Assembly: GCA_937127445.1 (NCBI GenBank)
Contig: CAKZLY010000030.1
Coordinates: forward strand, 74,023-138,022
Origin: an uncultured Ignavibacteria bacterium
GTDB taxonomy: Bacteria > Bacteroidota > Ignavibacteria > Kapaibacteriales > UBA2268
DNA: 64,000 nucleotides
Direction of reading: 5' to 3'
Positions 9,397 to 19,660 of this stretch are shown here, piece after piece (within the stretch, counting starts at the first letter, position 1; each line of letters starts with the position of its first letter). The notes under the pieces were generated by a model, which saw only the letters and a list, made by a program, of their open reading frames with translations, made no database searches and was not told the DNA's origin. The position numbers were made by a program, and so were the translations under genes.

Positions 9397-11520
9397 ATGG
9401 AAATATTTCAACACGCTTTTCCGGTAAAAAATCCGATAGCAGAGTTCGCCATACTTATGCTAATTGTGTTGATATTTCCAATTCTATTCAAGAAGCTAAA
9501 AATTCCGAGCATAATAGGGTTAATTATAGCAGGGACAATAATTGGACCGCATAGCTTAAATATACTGGACAGGGACGAAAGTATAATAATGCTGGGTTCA
9601 ATTGGGTTGCTTTACATTATGTTTTTAGCGGGGCTTGAACTTGATTTAAAGCAAGTCAAAACAAACAAAAGATATAGCATACTCTTTGGGATAGCAACGT
9701 TTGTTATTCCTCTATTGCTTGGCTATTTGCTATCTTATTTTGTGCTTGGATATAGTGAAATAGCGTCACTGATAATTGCTTTGATGTTCTCGACGCATAC
9801 ATTGGTTGCATATCCGATAGCATTGCGTCTTGGGCTTACCCAAACACGTAGCACAACAACAGTTGTTGGCGGGACAATAATTACCGACACGGCTGTGCTT
9901 ATGGTATTTGGCTTGATAATGAATTATTATAATGGTTCATTAACATTTTGGTTCTGGGTAAAATTCATTGTTTTATTGGCATTTGTATCACTTTTTATCT
10001 TATTTGTAATTCCCAAGATAGCACTTTGGTTTTTTAAGAACATAGAGGAAGAGAATTACTCGCAGTTTATATTTGTTATAGCGATGTTTTTAATGTCAAG
10101 TGTATTAATGGAAGCAGCGGGGATTGAAGCAATAGTTGGAGCGTTTTTGGCAGGCTTAGCATTTAGTAAGCTCATACCGCATAATTCAGCTTTGATGCAG
10201 AAAATACATCTGGTTGGCAGCGGCTTGTTCATACCATTATTTTTAATTAATGTAGGAATGATAGTTGATATAAAGGTATTGGCAACAGGTTATTTTGCAT
10301 TGTTTGTTGCCACAACATTAACTATGATGGCATTGTTAAGTAAGTATTTAGCAGCGCATTCAACTCGGCTATTATTCAAATTCAGTAAAAATGAGTCAGA
10401 TTTCATCTTTGGATTAAGTGCTTCGCATGCCGCGGCAACAATTGCTGTAATAATGATTGCATACAAAGCAGGAATTTTAGACGAGAATGTGTTGAATGGG
10501 ACAATATTATTGATATTAGTAACTTGCCTTTTTGCATCATTTGTTACTGAACGTGCTGGTAGAAAACTCGCTATAGAAGAACAAAAGAAGAGAGATGTGA
10601 TCAAAACTGAACTGATGAGAATATTAGTTCCTTGCTCTAATCCAAATAGTATTGATAAATTGCTTGATTTAGCAATAGCGTGCCGTGGCGAAAATGAGGA
10701 TGAGCAGCCAATTTTCCCATTATCTGTAATTATCGAGGACGATACAACGGAGAAAAGAATAGTACAAAGCACAAAAGCAATACAAACATTCGTCAAATTG
10801 GTTTATCCTGGCAAAAAATCTATAATGCCAACAACAAGGTTAGATACGAACGTATCAAATGGCATTATTCGAGCTATGAAAGAAATGATGATAAACTTAA
10901 CAATACTTGGATGGACGGGAAAATCGAAGGCGTCGGAATTTTTCTTTGGTAGGAAAACGGATAATGTAATTGAAGCGACAAATCAAACGATAATGGTTGC
11001 GAAATTGCATCAATTAATCAATTTAACAAATAAAATATATGTATTGGTAAGTGAAAATGCACAATATGAAATAGGTTTCAAAAAGTGGTTGGAGGTCCTA
11101 AATAACATTAGCAAATATGCGGCAGCACAGATAAATTTCATATCTTTGCCATCAACCAAGTCAAGTATTATAAAGCAATGCAAAGCAAGCGGAATTCTTA
11201 GCGATGCAATATTTGAAGTTGTAAATTCAATAGAAGAATTCACAAGTTATTCGAATAAATTTACAGAAAACGATATAGTTATATTTGTCAAGGCACGTTC
11301 AAAGAGCATATCCTTTTCTTTAGATTTTATTCGAATAATAGATGAAATTACAGAAGTAGTGCCCCAAAGCAATTATATTATGCTTTACCCTGAAACTAAT
11401 CCAATAGTTGAAATTGAAGAAATACCAAACATTGATGTATTAGATTCTTCATTTATTGAAGAAAACATTACATTAATACAAAAATTGAAAACAAAAATTT
11501 TTAGAAATAAATCAAATTAA
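9397..11520 (+). CDS. Monovalent cation:proton antiporter-2 (CPA2/Kef-type) family transporter with a ~330-aa cytoplasmic C-terminal domain
   Basis: N-terminal ~400 aa have 11-13 TM helices with Na+/H+ exchanger family blocks (IIGLIIAGTIIGPH, MFLAGLELD). The C-terminal soluble part has no obvious Rossmann GxGxxG. Confidence 0.75.
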   Translation: MEIFQHAFPVKNPIAEFAILMLIVLIFPILFKKLKIPSIIGLIIAGTIIGPHSLNILDRDESIIMLGSIGLLYIMFLAGLELDLKQVKTNKRYSILFGIATFVIPLLLGYLLSYFVLGYSEIASLIIALMFSTHTLVAYPIALRLGLTQTRSTTTVVGGTIITDTAVLMVFGLIMNYYNGSLTFWFWVKFIVLLAFVSLFILFVIPKIALWFFKNIEEENYSQFIFVIAMFLMSSVLMEAAGIEAIVGAFLAGLAFSKLIPHNSALMQKIHLVGSGLFIPLFLINVGMIVDIKVLATGYFALFVATTLTMMALLSKYLAAHSTRLLFKFSKNESDFIFGLSASHAAATIAVIMIAYKAGILDENVLNGTILLILVTCLFASFVTERAGRKLAIEEQKKRDVIKTELMRILVPCSNPNSIDKLLDLAIACRGENEDEQPIFPLSVIIEDDTTEKRIVQSTKAIQTFVKLVYPGKKSIMPTTRLDTNVSNGIIRAMKEMMINLTILGWTGKSKASEFFFGRKTDNVIEATNQTIMVAKLHQLINLTNKIYVLVSENAQYEIGFKKWLEVLNNISKYAAAQINFISLPSTKSSIIKQCKASGILSDAIFEVVNSIEEFTSYSNKFTENDIVIFVKARSKSISFSLDFIRIIDEITEVVPQSNYIMLYPETNPIVEIEEIPNIDVLDSSFIEENITLIQKLKTKIFRNKSN

Positions 11521-11529
11521 TATAAAAGT

Positions 11530-14500
11530 TTATCTCATATATTTGTCTTTGTTTAATATTCTAACAAGAAGTCCCCAACGTTTATCTACTTTAAATCCAT
11601 ATTTTGAGAAGAAAGCTTCGACATAGAAAGTAGTTTTAATAATATCAATTCCTTGACTATACATTCGATTGATAAAATCTTCCATCATAGCTCGACCAAG
11701 CCCACGCCCGCGATATTGCGTAGCCAGCACTATGCCATCGAGTGTGCAAGAATTATCTTCTTTAATTTGATAGATAATACCGCCGATAATTCTATCGTTG
11801 CTATCGAAAAGCACAAGGAATTGGTCTTGCTCAGAAATAACTTTAGTCAATTTTTCCTTATAGAACAAACGGTATAGAATACCAATTTCAGCAGGCTCGA
11901 TAGGCTGACGAAAGATATAGACATCACCATAATTATCCTTGAAGGAAGTTTTAACAATTAGTGATAAATCCCTCTTTTCTTCAAATTTTGCAATGTCGTA
12001 TTGTAAGGATTTAGTGTAGCCCGGGAATACCATTTTTGAGAAAATCTCTCTATCAATAGGGTCTTCGAGAGTGCTTTGTAATTCGGACAATTCGATAAGT
12101 TGAGTAGCGGGTACATTTTTCTCTTTGTTCATTTGAGCAAGGAGTTTGTCGAAAGCATTACGAACGTAAAAGCCTTTGTAGGCGAAATAAGTATGCCGAT
12201 AAAGTTGATAGCGAGCAATTTCGGGGTATCTATCGAGACGGTATAAGTGGTAGAGTTCAATAATAGATTGTTCTTTTGCTTCGGGAATAGCATTAGGATT
12301 GGAATTTTGCCATTCGTAATATTTATCGATAGCGTAGATAAGCGGTAGCGGCATATAATAATTGTCTTTTATGAAAGCAATATATTTATTAATCTCTTGC
12401 CTTAAAGATTTACCAAGGAAGAAAATATCGTTTTGACAAAGTTCATCATATAGATTATTAAGAACAGTTACGGCTTCATCTTCGCCCAGAGCTTCCATAA
12501 TTGCATTGAAAATCCAGTTAATATCTAAAAATTCTCTAATCCAAGAATAATGATGAATTGCTTTAAAATAGAAATTATCAAGCATAGGTTTGACTAAAGA
12601 GATATAGTTATCGAAATACTTCCAACCCGCAAGAGAAAGGATAGTAGCACCATCGCGAAAATCAATTTCGGGGACAACAACATTAGATGGATTGACATTT
12701 CCAGGAATAATTTTTTGTCCGCTATATCGCCAGGCACGAACAAATGCAGAAAGCCCTTCTGTATATAGACGTTTGAGAATATTAAGTTTAGGGAAGGGCT
12801 GACCGTACGTTTTAAGGGTAGAAATCTGACGCAATTTTTCCCAGACAGTTAAATCCCCTAAAAATTCCATACTGCGAGCTTGAAGTTCGGGGCGAGCACA
12901 ACCAAGCGACGGCAGGACGCTTGGACCATCAGGATAGCCCGAAACTGCAACAAGCCAGAGTATTGTTTCGAGATTTCGTTCGTCGGAGATATTGTCGTTA
13001 ATGATAGTCTGAATATCGTAATGCTTACCTTGTTTTGTATTTACGCTTACTCGATAAATCTGATTTTGAGTGATACTGCTGATTTTCGAGACCCAGATAC
13101 CGTCATCGCTAATTTCTGAAATATCAAAATCGTTTTCTTCAAATGCAAGAGTAATTGATTGTTTCAAAAATGTGGTATCCAAAAGAACATGTTTAATATT
13201 CTCTACTTCTTGTTCGGAAAGGCTATCTTCGAAAATAATCTTATTTTCCCAATCAATTGGGAATTTAGAGAATTTTTGTTCTTCCAGACTATTTTCGTAT
13301 TCGCAGGATAATATCCAGAAATATTTTGCTGCAATGGAAGACAGTTGTGGGTCGACTTTGTGAAGAACCCAGTTGGCTAATTCAAAGCGAACAGTTGCGT
13401 AATATTCAGGGTTGTATTTGACAAAGTCAACTAATAATTTAAAGATACTTTCGAATTGCTTATGAAGTGTTTCAGATTGTGGCCAGGAAAGATTTTCGCG
13501 ATAGAAAAGCAATCTTTTTCGAAGTGCATTTAGCCGTCGGCGTTCAAACTTGCTTGAAGCAATAATTTCAATAGATTTGTTGTTGAGAAAAGTAAGACCA
13601 GATTCGAGGAAAGCAGGAAATATTTTTTCTGTTTCGGCAATTTCGTCGTTCTGCAGTATTGTTCGATAGGCCAGACAGCGTATTTCTTCGTTCGGATGAT
13701 AAGCAAGAGCCTGAATACGAAAACGAACAATCTCTAATGACAATTCGTCGAAGCTATTAAATAATTTAGATAATTTTGTTAGTTCTTCTAAAGCTTTTAC
13801 ATCTTCGGAATAGAAAATTGTGCAAATCAACCTATTCATTTCAATAAGTTGATTATTTCTTATCCCCCGAATATTTGCAAAAAGGTCTTCGGAGTATGCA
13901 TTCCGATTATTGAAATCGCATAAAATTTTTGTGCTGATTGATTTATTACGGTGGTCAAAATTTGCTTTAACAGGAGCAAAGACAAACAAATTAGGATTGC
14001 CGACCCAGTATTTCGGTTGAAGAGCAAGAGAACCCAAGTCAATAGTATTGCCTTCGATTTCATAGATTAAGTCGCCAATTTGAATTTTATTGTCGGAAAT
14101 AGGCTCAATAAATAGATAAAGAGAAGTTTCCTTGTTGATTAATCCGTTGTTATAAACGACAATATCTTCCTCTAAAATAGAAAGGTCGCGGTAGAACCAT
14201 TTTGGGATAATGATTTTTAGATTATCGAAATGCAATTCATTTACGTCTTTTGAATAAAGTTTCTCAATTATGTCAGAAAAGTTTTTCTCAATAGATTTTC
14301 TATTGAAAGAGCCTTTTGGTGTAAGTTCACCAAAATCAATTGAAAAATCTCTTTGCAAAATTTCAAAATTGACAACTCTTTCGTAAGTAGCTAAATTACG
14401 GTTAGCTTCGGAGATAATTTTTTGGAAATAATTACGTGAGTCATTCTTAATGTTCTCATCTTTAAATAAAGCATCACCATAGTCTGGAACAATAAGAAGA

Positions 14501-16155
14501 GTATTATATGCTTTGCCATCACCAACAAGAAAAGTGCGTTTGATACCGGGGACACCATCGAACTTGTTTTCAACGTTTTTGGGAGAAATAGTTTGCCCTT
14601 TATTGTTTTTGTAAATGTCCTTCACTCTATCGACAATTGAATAATAGCCATTGCTATCAACTGAAAAAACATCTCCTGTTGGCAACCAATAGTCGTCGTC
14701 CAAATTGGTTGGAAATGGGATAACTGAACCAATTGGGTGAGTATCGAGATAGCGAGCAACATAATGCCCGCTAATAAGCATTTCATTATTTTCAGCGAAT
14801 TTAGTATAAATGCCTGGGAGTGGCTTTCCAACTGTACCTTTTACATATCGTCCGGGTGGTGTCATAGTAATACCGCCAGTTGCTTCAGTCATCCCAAATC
14901 CACTACATAACTCGATATCGTGTTTTTGAAAGAAAGTAAATATTTTGGGGTCTAAATATCCTGCAGCGGAAAGTCCCCAATGAAGATTTTTTCCCACAAT
15001 TGAAATGATTTTTTCTCTAATTTCTTTTCTGGAAGTTAAATTTTCGGTTTCTTCCGTAATTTTATCGTAGATTTGCATCCAGCGGATTGGGACACTAATA
15101 AATCCAGTAGGGTTCACTTTGGAAAACAAAGAAAGCAAATTATCTGCCGAAGTATTACCGACAAAGACGTAAGTGCCGCCCCAATAAATCATACCAGTCA
15201 TTTCTAAGTATCTACCGAAGGTATGAAATAGAGGCAAATAGCACAGTAAAACTTCGTTGTGCCCAACTGCGGGCAATGCTGCAGCACGACAGAATCTTTT
15301 ACTGACAATGTTATAATTAGAAAATGAAACTCCTTTGGGGCGTCCTGTACTGCCAGAAGTAAACATTACAGTAATAACTTGATCGATAGAGTAGCGCTTT
15401 CGTTTATTGAGAATGAGATCAATTTCTTTATTGCTAATAGTTTTGATATAACGAGGGAGGTAGATATGGTTAGTAAGTTCTTTAATACTTTCATTTATAT
15501 GCAAAACAATCGGTTTTATCAATAAATTTTTAGAAATTTCTTCAATTTGGCGAATTCTATCGAGAGTATCGGTAACAACAACATTGAAATTCATCATTTT
15601 GGAAATAGAGGTTAGTTCGTCGTTTGTAAAATGGACGTTCAGAGGAGAGACAGGAATGTCCCAAGCGAGAGCCGCAATATCGACCATAGCACTTTCGGGG
15701 GAATTTTCGCAGAAAATGGCTAATCGAGGTGAGCCCTGAACACTTTTGAAAATAGCAGTGGCAATTTCTTTTGATTGTTGCCAGACTTGTTCGTAGCTAA
15801 AACGTTTTGGGGTAAATTTCCCCATATCGATAAAAAGAGCTTTTTGAGAAAGTTCTTCTGCTCGATAATGCAATAGGTCATTGAAAGAGAAATCACTTGC
15901 TTGGATAATTTTACAAGCGCATTCAGCCCAGTTATATCGTTGTTCTTCGTTTTCGAGAAGAGATATATAATTATGTTTTCCAGTAAATAGTAGCCACTTA
16001 TGAAGGAATTGCTTATCGGCGAAGGAGATTTCATTACTTTTGACTAATAGTTCGCTTAATTCAAGCAATTTTACAGCATTTTCTGAATTCAGCTTAATGA
16101 TATTTTGCTCAAATTGATTTAAAAATGAATGAATTTCGTCCAAAACGTTTTTCAT
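11530..16155 (-). CDS. Giant three-part protein: AMP-forming acyl-CoA synthetase/ligase domain (aa ~100-640), a ~750-aa uncharacterised module, and a C-terminal GNAT N-acyltransferase (aa ~1395-1541)
   Basis: Adenylation core motifs VMFTSGSTGRPKGV (A3), GFGMTEATG (A5), LPTGD (A7), DRVKD..K..G (A8) and LTPKGSFNRKS (A10-like). The C-terminus carries the GNAT acetyl-CoA-binding motif QYRGRGLGRAMMEDF. It is a single uninterrupted 1541-codon frame. Confidence 0.8.
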   Translation of the reverse strand: MKNVLDEIHSFLNQFEQNIIKLNSENAVKLLELSELLVKSNEISFADKQFLHKWLLFTGKHNYISLLENEEQRYNWAECACKIIQASDFSFNDLLHYRAEELSQKALFIDMGKFTPKRFSYEQVWQQSKEIATAIFKSVQGSPRLAIFCENSPESAMVDIAALAWDIPVSPLNVHFTNDELTSISKMMNFNVVVTDTLDRIRQIEEISKNLLIKPIVLHINESIKELTNHIYLPRYIKTISNKEIDLILNKRKRYSIDQVITVMFTSGSTGRPKGVSFSNYNIVSKRFCRAAALPAVGHNEVLLCYLPLFHTFGRYLEMTGMIYWGGTYVFVGNTSADNLLSLFSKVNPTGFISVPIRWMQIYDKITEETENLTSRKEIREKIISIVGKNLHWGLSAAGYLDPKIFTFFQKHDIELCSGFGMTEATGGITMTPPGRYVKGTVGKPLPGIYTKFAENNEMLISGHYVARYLDTHPIGSVIPFPTNLDDDYWLPTGDVFSVDSNGYYSIVDRVKDIYKNNKGQTISPKNVENKFDGVPGIKRTFLVGDGKAYNTLLIVPDYGDALFKDENIKNDSRNYFQKIISEANRNLATYERVVNFEILQRDFSIDFGELTPKGSFNRKSIEKNFSDIIEKLYSKDVNELHFDNLKIIIPKWFYRDLSILEEDIVVYNNGLINKETSLYLFIEPISDNKIQIGDLIYEIEGNTIDLGSLALQPKYWVGNPNLFVFAPVKANFDHRNKSISTKILCDFNNRNAYSEDLFANIRGIRNNQLIEMNRLICTIFYSEDVKALEELTKLSKLFNSFDELSLEIVRFRIQALAYHPNEEIRCLAYRTILQNDEIAETEKIFPAFLESGLTFLNNKSIEIIASSKFERRRLNALRKRLLFYRENLSWPQSETLHKQFESIFKLLVDFVKYNPEYYATVRFELANWVLHKVDPQLSSIAAKYFWILSCEYENSLEEQKFSKFPIDWENKIIFEDSLSEQEVENIKHVLLDTTFLKQSITLAFEENDFDISEISDDGIWVSKISSITQNQIYRVSVNTKQGKHYDIQTIINDNISDERNLETILWLVAVSGYPDGPSVLPSLGCARPELQARSMEFLGDLTVWEKLRQISTLKTYGQPFPKLNILKRLYTEGLSAFVRAWRYSGQKIIPGNVNPSNVVVPEIDFRDGATILSLAGWKYFDNYISLVKPMLDNFYFKAIHHYSWIREFLDINWIFNAIMEALGEDEAVTVLNNLYDELCQNDIFFLGKSLRQEINKYIAFIKDNYYMPLPLIYAIDKYYEWQNSNPNAIPEAKEQSIIELYHLYRLDRYPEIARYQLYRHTYFAYKGFYVRNAFDKLLAQMNKEKNVPATQLIELSELQSTLEDPIDREIFSKMVFPGYTKSLQYDIAKFEEKRDLSLIVKTSFKDNYGDVYIFRQPIEPAEIGILYRLFYKEKLTKVISEQDQFLVLFDSNDRIIGGIIYQIKEDNSCTLDGIVLATQYRGRGLGRAMMEDFINRMYSQGIDIIKTTFYVEAFFSKYGFKVDKRWGLLVRILNKDKYMR

Positions 16156-16231
16156 AGGGACCTCGCAAAAAAGGATTTATATAATATTAAAATAGTTAGA
16201 ATTGAAGAAATAAAAAAGAATAAAGTTAATA

Positions 16232-16260
16232 GAAAAAGAGCAGCCAATAATTGGCTGCCC
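16232..16260 (-). terminator. Rho-independent terminator downstream of the BNR/T9SS gene
   Basis: Stem gcagccaa(16240-16247)/ttggctgc(16251-16258) with a 3-nt loop, and an A-run on the plus strand (a T-run for the minus transcript). Confidence 0.45.
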
Positions 16261-16286
16261 CGTAGGTATTATATCAGAAATCAATT

Positions 16287-19200
16287 TTATTGCTTGATAA
16301 TTCTTTCCATAACAGTTGATTTAGGAGTAGTAATTTTAATAAAATAAGTGCCAGCAGGTTGAGAGCTTATATCAATTGTTTGCAGGATACCATTGTTAGA
16401 TGAATTGGAGTTAATTCTCATAATTTCTTGACCAGCAAGATTTGAAATAGTAATTATCGCAGAAACATCATTATTCAAATTTGCTTTGAGAGTAAAAATA
16501 CCCCGAGAAGGATTAGGAGACAGAATAATTTGAGGTTCAGATGCCCATTCGTTTTCGACACTTGTAATCAGGTTATATTCGTCGCTCATTGTGTAGCAAT
16601 CGCCGCTTTCAGCAACTTCAACAGCATATTTACCAGGAACTAAAGGACGGTATTTACGTTCGGTTGCACCTTCAATGAGTTTACCGTTTAGATACCAGCG
16701 ATATTTATTAGCAGGCGAAGCAACTAAAAATTCGTATTCCTCAGTAATGGTAGGTTTAGGTGGAATTGGATGGAAAGAGACTTCGATAAATTCGGATACA
16801 ACTTTGCAACCATCACCAGTTTCAGCAGTGCAATAATAAGTACCAGCTTCGCTTACCGTAATTTTTCGTCCTTCAACACCATTATTCCATCTATAATTAC
16901 TAAATCCAATACGAGCTGTAAATGTAACACTATCACCAATACACAAAGCAGGTGATTTCGATTTATTTATAGTCAGTTCAGGAGTTGGGAAAACTGTCAC
17001 TGAAATAATATCTGATTTAGCATTACATTCACCACCATAAGAATGGACGAATGAGTAGTTCCCATCAGTTTTTACAACGATTGATTTAGTAGTTTCGCCA
17101 GTATTCCAAACAACGAAACCATCCTGCACATCTGCAACCAGAATTACGCTGTCACCCTGACAAAATGAAGTATTGCCAAGAACAGTGATATTTGGCTTCG
17201 GTAAGTTGCAATCCAAAAGCTGAGTTTTCCAGAGACCACGTCCCCAGGTGCCTGCATAAATTTCTTTAGTAGAATTATTAATTTTCAAATCATTAATAAT
17301 AACGTTTGGAAGATTGGCACCGAAGAGTTCCCAAACATTTGAGCCATAATCAGAATAGAAAACACCTACATCAGTGCCAACGTAAATTCGGTCGGGTGAA
17401 TTTGGTTGATAAGCGATGCAATTTGCAGGAACATTTGGCAAATTACCCGATAAATTAGTATGCTTGTTACCATCAAAAACCCAAACTTTATTACCGCGTT
17501 GGAAGCCGGATTTAGTATAATAAACTACATTTGGGTTGAGAGGGCTAACTTCCATATCGGAGATTGCTAAATCGGAAGTAAAGTATTGAGACCAGGAAAT
17601 ACCATTATCAGTTGTTCGCCAGACAGTAGTATAAGTAGCAGCATAAACATAATTTGAATTAGTCGGGGCTACTGCAATAGTTTGCAAAGTCGTATTTGTT
17701 CCAAAATTAGAAATTTTGACAAATGAACCAGCAGAACCATAAGCAAGGGAACGCCAAACATTGTAATAACCAACGTAGACTACATTAGGCTTCTGTGGGT
17801 CGAGAGCCAGTGGAGCAGTCCAAGCTCCAGATTCACCATTAGTTTGATATTGATTTATCATATTAGTAAATGATGCACCACCATCAGTGGAACGGCGAAA
17901 ATCACCATTATAAAGAGAACCATAAATACGACGTGGATCAGTTGGATCGATGGCACAATCCATTCCATCACCAGCGAGTACGTGTATCCAATTATTTTCT
18001 TTGAAAAGGCTTGAACCATTATCTTGAGAACCACCAATAAATAAACTGGGGTCGGCTTCACAAATACCAATACGGTAGAATTGGGTAATGGACATACCGT
18101 CGCTAATGAAATTCCATGAATTACCACCATTGGTAGTATAATCGATTCCACCATCGTGTCCAGCGTATAACCTACCATCAGGAGCAAAAATAAGATCATG
18201 AATATCAGCGTGAACTTGCGGGGCACCATCTCCATACCAATGAGCAACAATTTGCCAGGTTGCCCCCATACTTTGAGATTTCCAGATATTAACGCCACCG
18301 ACATAGATTATACTTGGATTTGTCGGAGAAATAGCAAGAGCTAAATCGTATTGTCCTTGTCCTTTATTCATATCTTTCCCATTGCTATTCCAGCCAAGAA
18401 GATTTAATCCATCGCCTTTTTGATAGAGGGTCGTCCAATTTTCGCCGGTATCTTCGGATGCAATAAGTGAGAGGAATTGCATTGTATTTCTTTCGGCACT
18501 CAGAGCATAAACCATATTCGGGTCGGCAGGAGTAACTTCAATAGCAGTGCGAATAGCATTTGGGATATTCCAGACTTTGCGCCAGGTTTCGCCCATATCG
18601 GTGGATTTATAAATATCAGTTCCCAAAGATGAATAAGTAAAAGTAGAAGCATAAAGTACGTTAGGATTGTCGGGTTTTTGCTCTAAATCAATGAAAAATC
18701 CACTTTGCTTGTTGAACCAGGTTCTGCCACCATCGGTAGTTTTTAAGATTCCGGAATTACTTGTTGCAATAACTACATTTTCATTAGTTGGAGAAACGAA
18801 CATCTTGCCAAAAAGTTTGCGTTCTTCGAGTGCGTAAGCGGCATTGGTAAATTCCCAGGTCTGTCCATCATTAGTAGATTTAATAATACCGACACCATAA
18901 TAGTTTTGAGCAGCAGAGGAACCATCCATATCACCGGTAGCAACATAGATGACGTTCGGATTACTGCGAGCAATTTGGATGTCAGAAACACCCAAAGACA
19001 TCACCTCGGTTTTTGGGTAATTAAACCAAGTCTTGCCTTTATCGGTTGAGCGCCAAACTCCACCAGTTGCAGAACCTGCCCAAATATCGTTTGGGCGAGA
19101 AGAATGGAATCTCACAACGTTAACTCTTCCCAAACCTTGGTCTCTAACGCTGGAATTCAAGCTACCAGGACGGGTAACTGGACCGATAAGCTGCCAGGTG

Positions 19201-19526
19201 CGGCTTTGGGTGGAATTAAGTTTCTTGAAACCTTCTTGATAACGTTGCCATTCTTTGAAAAGTTCAATTGCCTGGGGAAATTCACCTGTTGGGTAAACAC
19301 GAGGAGCCCAAAAATTCTCCCAGCGTTTGAATTGTTTCCATCCTTTGCGTTGGTCCTCGGGCATATTATTGTAGAAGTTGTTTTTAGCACTCTGAATTTT
19401 ATAAAAATTCTCTTGCTTAGTGGGATTTTCGTATAAGCTATTGTAGATTTGGGCAGAGGAAATGTATGGCGCTAAAAGAACAAAAAGCGCTGAAATAAAG
19501 ACGAGTTTTGAAATTGAATTTTTCAT
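16287..19526 (-). CDS. Secreted BNR/Asp-box repeat beta-propeller protein (GH74/sortilin-like) with Ig-like domains and a type-IX-secretion C-terminal sorting domain
   Basis: Signal peptide after MKNSISKLVFISALFVLLAPYISSA. At least nine S/TxDxGxTW Asp-box repeats (STDKGKTWF, STNDGQTWE, TTDGGRTWF, STDMGETWR, SEDTGENWT, ...). The C-terminal ~80 aa match the Por secretion-tail pattern (..NLAGQEI....GTYFIKITT..). Confidence 0.8.
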   Translation of the reverse strand: MKNSISKLVFISALFVLLAPYISSAQIYNSLYENPTKQENFYKIQSAKNNFYNNMPEDQRKGWKQFKRWENFWAPRVYPTGEFPQAIELFKEWQRYQEGFKKLNSTQSRTWQLIGPVTRPGSLNSSVRDQGLGRVNVVRFHSSRPNDIWAGSATGGVWRSTDKGKTWFNYPKTEVMSLGVSDIQIARSNPNVIYVATGDMDGSSAAQNYYGVGIIKSTNDGQTWEFTNAAYALEERKLFGKMFVSPTNENVVIATSNSGILKTTDGGRTWFNKQSGFFIDLEQKPDNPNVLYASTFTYSSLGTDIYKSTDMGETWRKVWNIPNAIRTAIEVTPADPNMVYALSAERNTMQFLSLIASEDTGENWTTLYQKGDGLNLLGWNSNGKDMNKGQGQYDLALAISPTNPSIIYVGGVNIWKSQSMGATWQIVAHWYGDGAPQVHADIHDLIFAPDGRLYAGHDGGIDYTTNGGNSWNFISDGMSITQFYRIGICEADPSLFIGGSQDNGSSLFKENNWIHVLAGDGMDCAIDPTDPRRIYGSLYNGDFRRSTDGGASFTNMINQYQTNGESGAWTAPLALDPQKPNVVYVGYYNVWRSLAYGSAGSFVKISNFGTNTTLQTIAVAPTNSNYVYAATYTTVWRTTDNGISWSQYFTSDLAISDMEVSPLNPNVVYYTKSGFQRGNKVWVFDGNKHTNLSGNLPNVPANCIAYQPNSPDRIYVGTDVGVFYSDYGSNVWELFGANLPNVIINDLKINNSTKEIYAGTWGRGLWKTQLLDCNLPKPNITVLGNTSFCQGDSVILVADVQDGFVVWNTGETTKSIVVKTDGNYSFVHSYGGECNAKSDIISVTVFPTPELTINKSKSPALCIGDSVTFTARIGFSNYRWNNGVEGRKITVSEAGTYYCTAETGDGCKVVSEFIEVSFHPIPPKPTITEEYEFLVASPANKYRWYLNGKLIEGATERKYRPLVPGKYAVEVAESGDCYTMSDEYNLITSVENEWASEPQIILSPNPSRGIFTLKANLNNDVSAIITISNLAGQEIMRINSNSSNNGILQTIDISSQPAGTYFIKITTPKSTVMERIIKQ

Positions 19527-19660
19527 TTTGGACCACTCTATATTATGAATAATTAATACCATAATTAGTTTACAAAATTAACAAAAAATTAGTAATTTAT
19601 GTCATTATAAATGAGACAATTAATATCATAAATTAGTTACAAATATAGAAATTATTATCT

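Noticed and set aside
10290-10796. Antisense ORFs inside well-supported genes. This one lies in the CPA2 gene; others are 17858..18304 in the BNR gene, 52955..53536 in fabH, 37298..38039 in uvrB, 3925..4467, and 26493..26862 in the GGDEF linker.
   Set aside because: They overlap strongly supported coding frames on the opposite strand and have low-complexity or hydrophobic compositions typical of shadow ORFs.
12631-12720. APH/UbiB-like kinase catalytic-loop resemblance inside the ligase-GNAT protein
   Set aside because: Only a loose PGNV...IDF.D pattern is present, without the conserved His/Asp. It is recorded as a hypothesis within a finding, not as a feature.
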